Below, in pieces: positions 59,906 through 64,000 of a DNA stretch of 64,000 nucleotides; the stretch's first letter is position 1, and every line of letters begins with the position of its first letter. A program made the position numbers and the translations under genes. The notes under the pieces were generated by a model that was not told the DNA's origin, searched no databases, and saw only the letters and a list, made by a program, of their open reading frames with translations. This DNA is from a virus (lineage: Duplodnaviria > Caudoviricetes): the IMG/VR virus record IMGVR_UViG_3300042282_000085; one strand, 5' to 3'.

Positions 59906-60892
59906 ATGCCAGATTTACAATTGAAACGCGGTACACCGGCTCAGGTAGATGCCTATCAGGGGCCAGCGGGTGAAATCGTAGTCGATAGCCAGAACTGGAA
60001 TATGCGGCTACAGGACGGTGTTACAGCTGGTGGTGTATTACTAGGCAGTAACGAGAACCTGATTGCACGCCCTGAGATTTTGAGTCCCATTCAGGGTAGT
60101 GTCATTGGGGACCAGAGCCCTATTCTGGTTAGTACCGCGTATAGTGGGGAAGGGGTCCACAGTGCGAGTCAGTGGCAGATCAGTGGAGAGGTTGGGTTTG
60201 TAAACCTTATCCACGATAGCGGACGCAATACAGTTAGTCTATTGAGCTATAACTTACTGGATGCAGGTGTAACCTTGACCCGTGGGGTAACGCTGTACGT
60301 ACGGGTGCGTCACGAATCCGGTACTGCAGGCTGGAGTGAATGGAGTGAAGCACTAAGCTTCAGTGTACAGGCAATGGAGCCGGGTACTGTACTGGATGAC
60401 GGTGGCATTATATTTGCACAGGATGGTAATGATTGGCTCGTTGTAGCGCCTGCTAGTCTGCGTGCACTGAGAACCTGGAACGATGGGTCTACTAGTTGGG
60501 TAGACACCCCACTCCCTAACTATACTTCTAATCCAGAGCAAGACGTTAACGATGGTACTTACAATACGGATGTACTGGTTAACGTGACGCAGGAGCAGAA
60601 GGCCGCTACCTACTGCCGTTCTATCGGCTATGATTTGCCGAATGCGGCAGAGCTTCGTTTAATTTACAATAATCGAGCTCAGATCGATGCAGCAGATACC
60701 AGCGGAGGCGGGGCCACACTCTCCGCTATCCAATCCGGCACTGCACCCGGCTCCACCACGGCGTACGTCTGGTCCTCTACCGAGTACAATTCCTTCGTCG
60801 CCTGGGCCCTGTACTTTGGCAATGGGAATTGGTACGCCAGCATCAAGCACAACAGTGTCTGGGTAGTGCCTTTCCGGAGAATCCCAGTCTAA
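59906..60892 (+). CDS. Mtd-like receptor-binding protein, DGR target 2
   Basis: ATG 59906 with AGGAG RBS. LQLKRGT...YQGPAGEIVVD...LQDGVTAGG Mtd-like N-terminus; same architecture as 57902. Confidence 0.87.
   Translation: MPDLQLKRGTPAQVDAYQGPAGEIVVDSQNWNMRLQDGVTAGGVLLGSNENLIARPEILSPIQGSVIGDQSPILVSTAYSGEGVHSASQWQISGEVGFVNLIHDSGRNTVSLLSYNLLDAGVTLTRGVTLYVRVRHESGTAGWSEWSEALSFSVQAMEPGTVLDDGGIIFAQDGNDWLVVAPASLRALRTWNDGSTSWVDTPLPNYTSNPEQDVNDGTYNTDVLVNVTQEQKAATYCRSIGYDLPNAAELRLIYNNRAQIDAADTSGGGATLSAIQSGTAPGSTTAYVWSSTEYNSFVAWALYFGNGNWYASIKHNSVWVVPFRRIPV
60764..60880 (+). repeat. DGR-type variable repeat copy 2 (VR2)
   Basis: 117-bp ungapped homolog of VR1 and VR3. Confidence 0.88.
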
Positions 60893-60917
60893 TCGCCTTA
60901 AGGCGATGACTGGGATT
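60880..60917. other. Hairpin abutting VR2 (candidate DGR target hairpin)
   Basis: AATCCCAGTC-ta-ATCGCCTT|AAGGCGAT-GACTGGGATT. Confidence 0.7.
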
Positions 60918-60924
60918 TGCCTTT

Positions 60925-61013
60925 GGGCTTGCCCTTTGTAGGGCTGCCCTTACTACTTTGAGTACTTTTAAAAGCCGTACAGGCTACCCAGGCCCTTTGT
61001 AGGGACTGGGTCC
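60925..61013 (+). repeat. 89-bp structured non-coding repeat, copy B
   Basis: See copy A at 59033-59121. Confidence 0.88.
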
Positions 61014-61042
61014 TTTTCATTACGATATAGACTCACACCACA

Positions 61043-61084
61043 TACTCTTTAAGGCCTATCCTAGCGGATAGGCCTTAAAGAGTA
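61043..61084. terminator. 19-bp-stem inverted repeat
   Basis: TACTCTTTAAGGCCTATCC-TAGC-GGATAGGCCTTAAAGAGTA. Confidence 0.6.
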
Positions 61085-61182
61085 ATTTTCAGAGTGACTG
61101 GCGTGGGTCAAATCCTATAGCCTTGTAGCCGGTGCACTATAGTCACACGGCTGACACTCGTCACGATTATAGGACACCTACT

Positions 61183-62046
61183 ATGTCTGAACTATTAGAC
61201 CTTCGTTATCAATTTGACCCTACTGGTCACTCCACCGATAACCTTATTATCGATGAGCTACACACTGTTTCACAGTCGGGTCCCGCACTTATCATTCCAC
61301 GGGAAGGCCTGATGTACACTCCAGGCTTTACGGTGCGCCGGGCATCCTCTAACGTACCGCTTATCCAGAATACGGACTTCCACTTTATTTCTCTGGACGA
61401 ATTCATTACCGCAAAAACGGGTATTGAAACCGCCTCCGCGATTCAGTTTGATAAAGCTGAACACTTTGGCGACTTTGTAATCACCTACCAGGCTGTCGGT
61501 GGATATGAGGGGCGCTTTAACCGTCTGGTACAAGACCTAATCGATGCCATCGAGCGTGCTAAGGATGCTGACGTTGAATGGACTCGAGTTAAGAATAAAC
61601 CGGCTCAGTATCCTCCAGAGTACCATAACCATGAACTCATCTCCATTACTGGATGGGAGAAGTTTACGGTTAAGCTCCATGAATTAAAGGAGGCTATTAT
61701 CGATAGTCATTCCCTAGGTTCATCTGCACTCTCCCTTTCTCAAGCGGATTCGCGTATCCTAGCCCTCATTGCCGAGATGCAGCGGGAGATACAGTACCTG
61801 AATGGGGACATTGCGGATATCCTGGAGCGCATGAAGCGCTACATGGAGTTTGACATTGACTTTGGGGAGCTTGGTAAATTGCGAGAGTGGCCTGAGCGTG
61901 ACGTGTTCTACGTATCCTCAATTGACCTGCAAGAGAAGTCCAATCCCTTTATGGACTTTGGTGAGATTAAGGGTCCAGAACGCAATCAGTGGGATGATGT
62001 ACCGAATGTCAGCTCCTATGACATGGGTGAGCTTTCCAACAATTAA
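61183..62046 (+). CDS. Baseplate/tail-associated protein (FDPTG family) with three C-terminal D[FM]GE motifs
   Basis: YQFDPTG..DNLI.DE.H, YQAVGG and YPPEYH; ATG 61183 preferred over GTG 61132. Confidence 0.68.
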   Translation: MSELLDLRYQFDPTGHSTDNLIIDELHTVSQSGPALIIPREGLMYTPGFTVRRASSNVPLIQNTDFHFISLDEFITAKTGIETASAIQFDKAEHFGDFVITYQAVGGYEGRFNRLVQDLIDAIERAKDADVEWTRVKNKPAQYPPEYHNHELISITGWEKFTVKLHELKEAIIDSHSLGSSALSLSQADSRILALIAEMQREIQYLNGDIADILERMKRYMEFDIDFGELGKLREWPERDVFYVSSIDLQEKSNPFMDFGEIKGPERNQWDDVPNVSSYDMGELSNN

Positions 62047-62084
62047 CGGCATAAAACCTCAGAGCCCCGAAGGGCTCTGAGTCT

Positions 62085-62258
62085 TTACCGAGCATAGCGC
62101 AACTCTTTATTCAACTTCAGTAATTGACGCTTCGCCTTTTCCAGTCGGCGTTTCGCATCTTTTTCTTTATTTGAATGAGGAGTAGCCTCTGCCAATACTG
62201 CACTTGCTTCTCGAATGGCTTTTTCAGTATTGCGGATTTTGTTTTGCAGATCGATCAT
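62085..62258 (-). CDS. Small basic coiled-coil protein (57 aa)
   Basis: Below the cutoff. MIDLQNKIRNTEK...KELRYAR*, with AGGA RBS and a CTCAGAGCCC-CGAA-GGGCTCTGAG hairpin downstream. Confidence 0.5.
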   Translation of the reverse strand: MIDLQNKIRNTEKAIREASAVLAEATPHSNKEKDAKRRLEKAKRQLLKLNKELRYAR

Positions 62259-62267
62259 CGGGGGTCC

Positions 62268-62420
62268 TTATTCGCTATAGCCAAATGCGTTATTCGCCGC
62301 CATTAGACAGCGATAGAGTGTCTCGTTAGTCTCGGCAACCGAGCCTGATTCGATATGCAGTCCTAACGAAGGGAGTGTTTTGGTATCCAGACTTACGTCG
62401 TACATTGTCTTAGCCTCCAT
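62268..62420 (-). CDS. Small hypothetical protein (50 aa)
   Basis: MEAKTMYDVSL...FGYSE*, tandem with the 57-aa ORF. Confidence 0.4.
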   Translation of the reverse strand: MEAKTMYDVSLDTKTLPSLGLHIESGSVAETNETLYRCLMAANNAFGYSE

Positions 62421-62469
62421 GTTTAATCCATATCATACCGAGTACAATAATTCCTTAGGAGGAATCCTT

Positions 62470-63099
62470 ATGTCCACTAAACCGACTGTAGAAAACATCA
62501 TTTTAACCGTCATGGAAATTGAATCCGGACGTAAACTGATAGGCCAAAAGATTGATCCCAATGATACGAATGGGGGCTACACGAATGACCCCGACGATCC
62601 GGGCGGAGAGACTAATTGGGGTTGGACAGAAGGCACTCTTAAGGCCCACGGCATTAAAACGCATCCCCGTGACCTTACGTTCCAGCAAGCCTTTGACTAT
62701 TATAAGCGTATTTTCTGGACACGTTCGGGTGCGGAAGCGGTCTACGATTTTCAACCCTGGCTGGCCCGTACAATTTTTAATTACGGTGTGCACGCTGGAT
62801 ACCATAAGGCTGCACGTAACCTACAGACCCTTTTAAACCTCCATAATAACCAAGGCAAGCGTTGGGCAGACCTGATCGTTGATGGGGCGGTGGGTGCACG
62901 AACACTGGATGCACTGCAGGCCTACATCCGTATTCGCAAGGGGGAGATTGGTGAGGATGTACTCTTTACCGACTATGCGATTATGATGGGTGCTTTCTAC
63001 CAAGAGCTTGCCATTAAAAACGACCGTTATGAGAAGTATACGTATGGGTTCTCTACTCGTGCGATGTTAGAGCTGAAAGAATATTTTACTCGCAGTTAA
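62470..63099 (+). CDS. Glycoside hydrolase family 108 endolysin with a peptidoglycan-binding domain
   Basis: GGYTNDPDDPGGETNWG, LQ..LN, LIVDGAVGARTL and EKYTYGF..R; ATG 62470 with AGGAGG RBS. Confidence 0.88.
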   Translation: MSTKPTVENIILTVMEIESGRKLIGQKIDPNDTNGGYTNDPDDPGGETNWGWTEGTLKAHGIKTHPRDLTFQQAFDYYKRIFWTRSGAEAVYDFQPWLARTIFNYGVHAGYHKAARNLQTLLNLHNNQGKRWADLIVDGAVGARTLDALQAYIRIRKGEIGEDVLFTDYAIMMGAFYQELAIKNDRYEKYTYGFSTRAMLELKEYFTRS

Positions 63100-63128
63100 C
63101 CACAGGTCTATGTAATGAGGATTGGAGT

Positions 63129-63740
63129 ATGCGCAAGGATCACTCGATACAGCGGTACTATACCGGCATAGGGTCCCGTCAGGCCCCTGCATGGGCACAA
63201 ACCCTTGCTACTGAGATAGCCGCTAAGCTCTCTGCTACACACGTTCTACGCCACGGGGATGCCAGTGGCATGGATGAGGCCTTTAGTCAGGGATCGGCCG
63301 GGAGAGAGGAGATATGGGCCCCCTGGAAGGGGTTCCGTAAAGACGAGCGCTCTTCCATTACCCGACAGCGCATCCAATCCCCTGCACAGCAGATCGAATC
63401 GGGCAACATGCTTATTCGAGAAGGCATCTGCCCGCACTTCTTTAACATGAAGCCCTCTATTCAGGCACTCTTTGCCCGTAACGTGTTTCAGATTACTGGT
63501 CAGCGTTCTGAGATGGGTGAGTGTGATCCCCTATCGGATTTTGTCGTCTATTGGGCACCAGAAAACACTAAGGGTGTCATATCCGGAGGTACTCGAATAG
63601 CTGTTTACCTGGCCCGCAGTATGGGAATTCCTACCTACAACCTTGACATTAAATCTCAACGTGATGAAATTCTAGACCACCTTGACATTCAATATGTAGA
63701 GGATGATGACTGGTACTCCGCACCATATTTAACAGTATAA
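63129..63740 (+). CDS. DprA/SMF-like (SLOG superfamily) protein
   Basis: YTGIGSR, LRHGDASGMDEAF, RNVFQI and GGTRIAV..A....IPTYNL. Confidence 0.78.
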   Translation: MRKDHSIQRYYTGIGSRQAPAWAQTLATEIAAKLSATHVLRHGDASGMDEAFSQGSAGREEIWAPWKGFRKDERSSITRQRIQSPAQQIESGNMLIREGICPHFFNMKPSIQALFARNVFQITGQRSEMGECDPLSDFVVYWAPENTKGVISGGTRIAVYLARSMGIPTYNLDIKSQRDEILDHLDIQYVEDDDWYSAPYLTV

Positions 63741-63815
63741 ACTATCCCCGTCCATTTTGGACGGGGATATCCATATATGCTGTAATCGGCATAGGTCAAG
63801 CGATAGACCGGTTAC

Positions 63816-64000
63816 TTAGCCTGTCGTGGATGTGTTCCCAGCTTCCTCTAGCGCGCTCACACGACTAATTAGTGACTGAATGGTAGCTGACATATCCGCA
63901 AGGTCACTGTTTAGATTAGACGCCGCGGTTTCTAACGAATTTACCTTATCCGATAGTGCCACTAACCCATCGGCAACATCTTTAACCCTACTATCCAGCT
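63816..64000 (-). CDS. C-terminal end of a coiled-coil protein (partial)
   Basis: ...LDSRVKDVADGLVALSDKVNSLE...ISRVSALEEAGNTSTTG*, with a hairpin at 63744-63768 downstream. Confidence 0.55.
   Translation of the reverse strand, partial: LDSRVKDVADGLVALSDKVNSLETAASNLNSDLADMSATIQSLISRVSALEEAGNTSTTG

Noticed and set aside
59033-61013. CCCTTTGTAGGG repeats as a CRISPR array
   Set aside because: Only two 12-13-bp units per locus, the sequence between them is conserved across loci rather than unique, and there are no cas genes.

Overview
A 64 kb segment of a phiKZ-related jumbo myophage genome, judged from gene order and recognisable motifs (no database search was possible). It encodes three virion RNA polymerase pieces (gp178-like beta, gp180-like beta' split by a group I intron carrying an HNH endonuclease, gp149-like beta C-terminus), a 2733-aa gp181-like tail protein with an M23 peptidase domain, UvsX/RecA, RNase H, DHFR, ThyA, an NAD-dependent ligase, a SNF2-like helicase, inner-head proteins with S/A/G-X-E processing motifs, a long baseplate/tail-fibre module and a GH108 endolysin. 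The most notable signal is a diversity-generating retroelement (DGR)-type footprint. Three copies of a 117-bp variable repeat (58844-58960 +, 60764-60880 +, 34421-34537 -) have identical third codon positions and vary only at positions 1/2 of NNC/NNT codons. Two copies end Mtd-like receptor-binding proteins and are followed by hairpins and a shared 89-bp element. The third lies inside a mosaic non-structural gene 24 kb away. I found no template repeat or reverse transcriptase in this window, so an active DGR is inferred, not shown.
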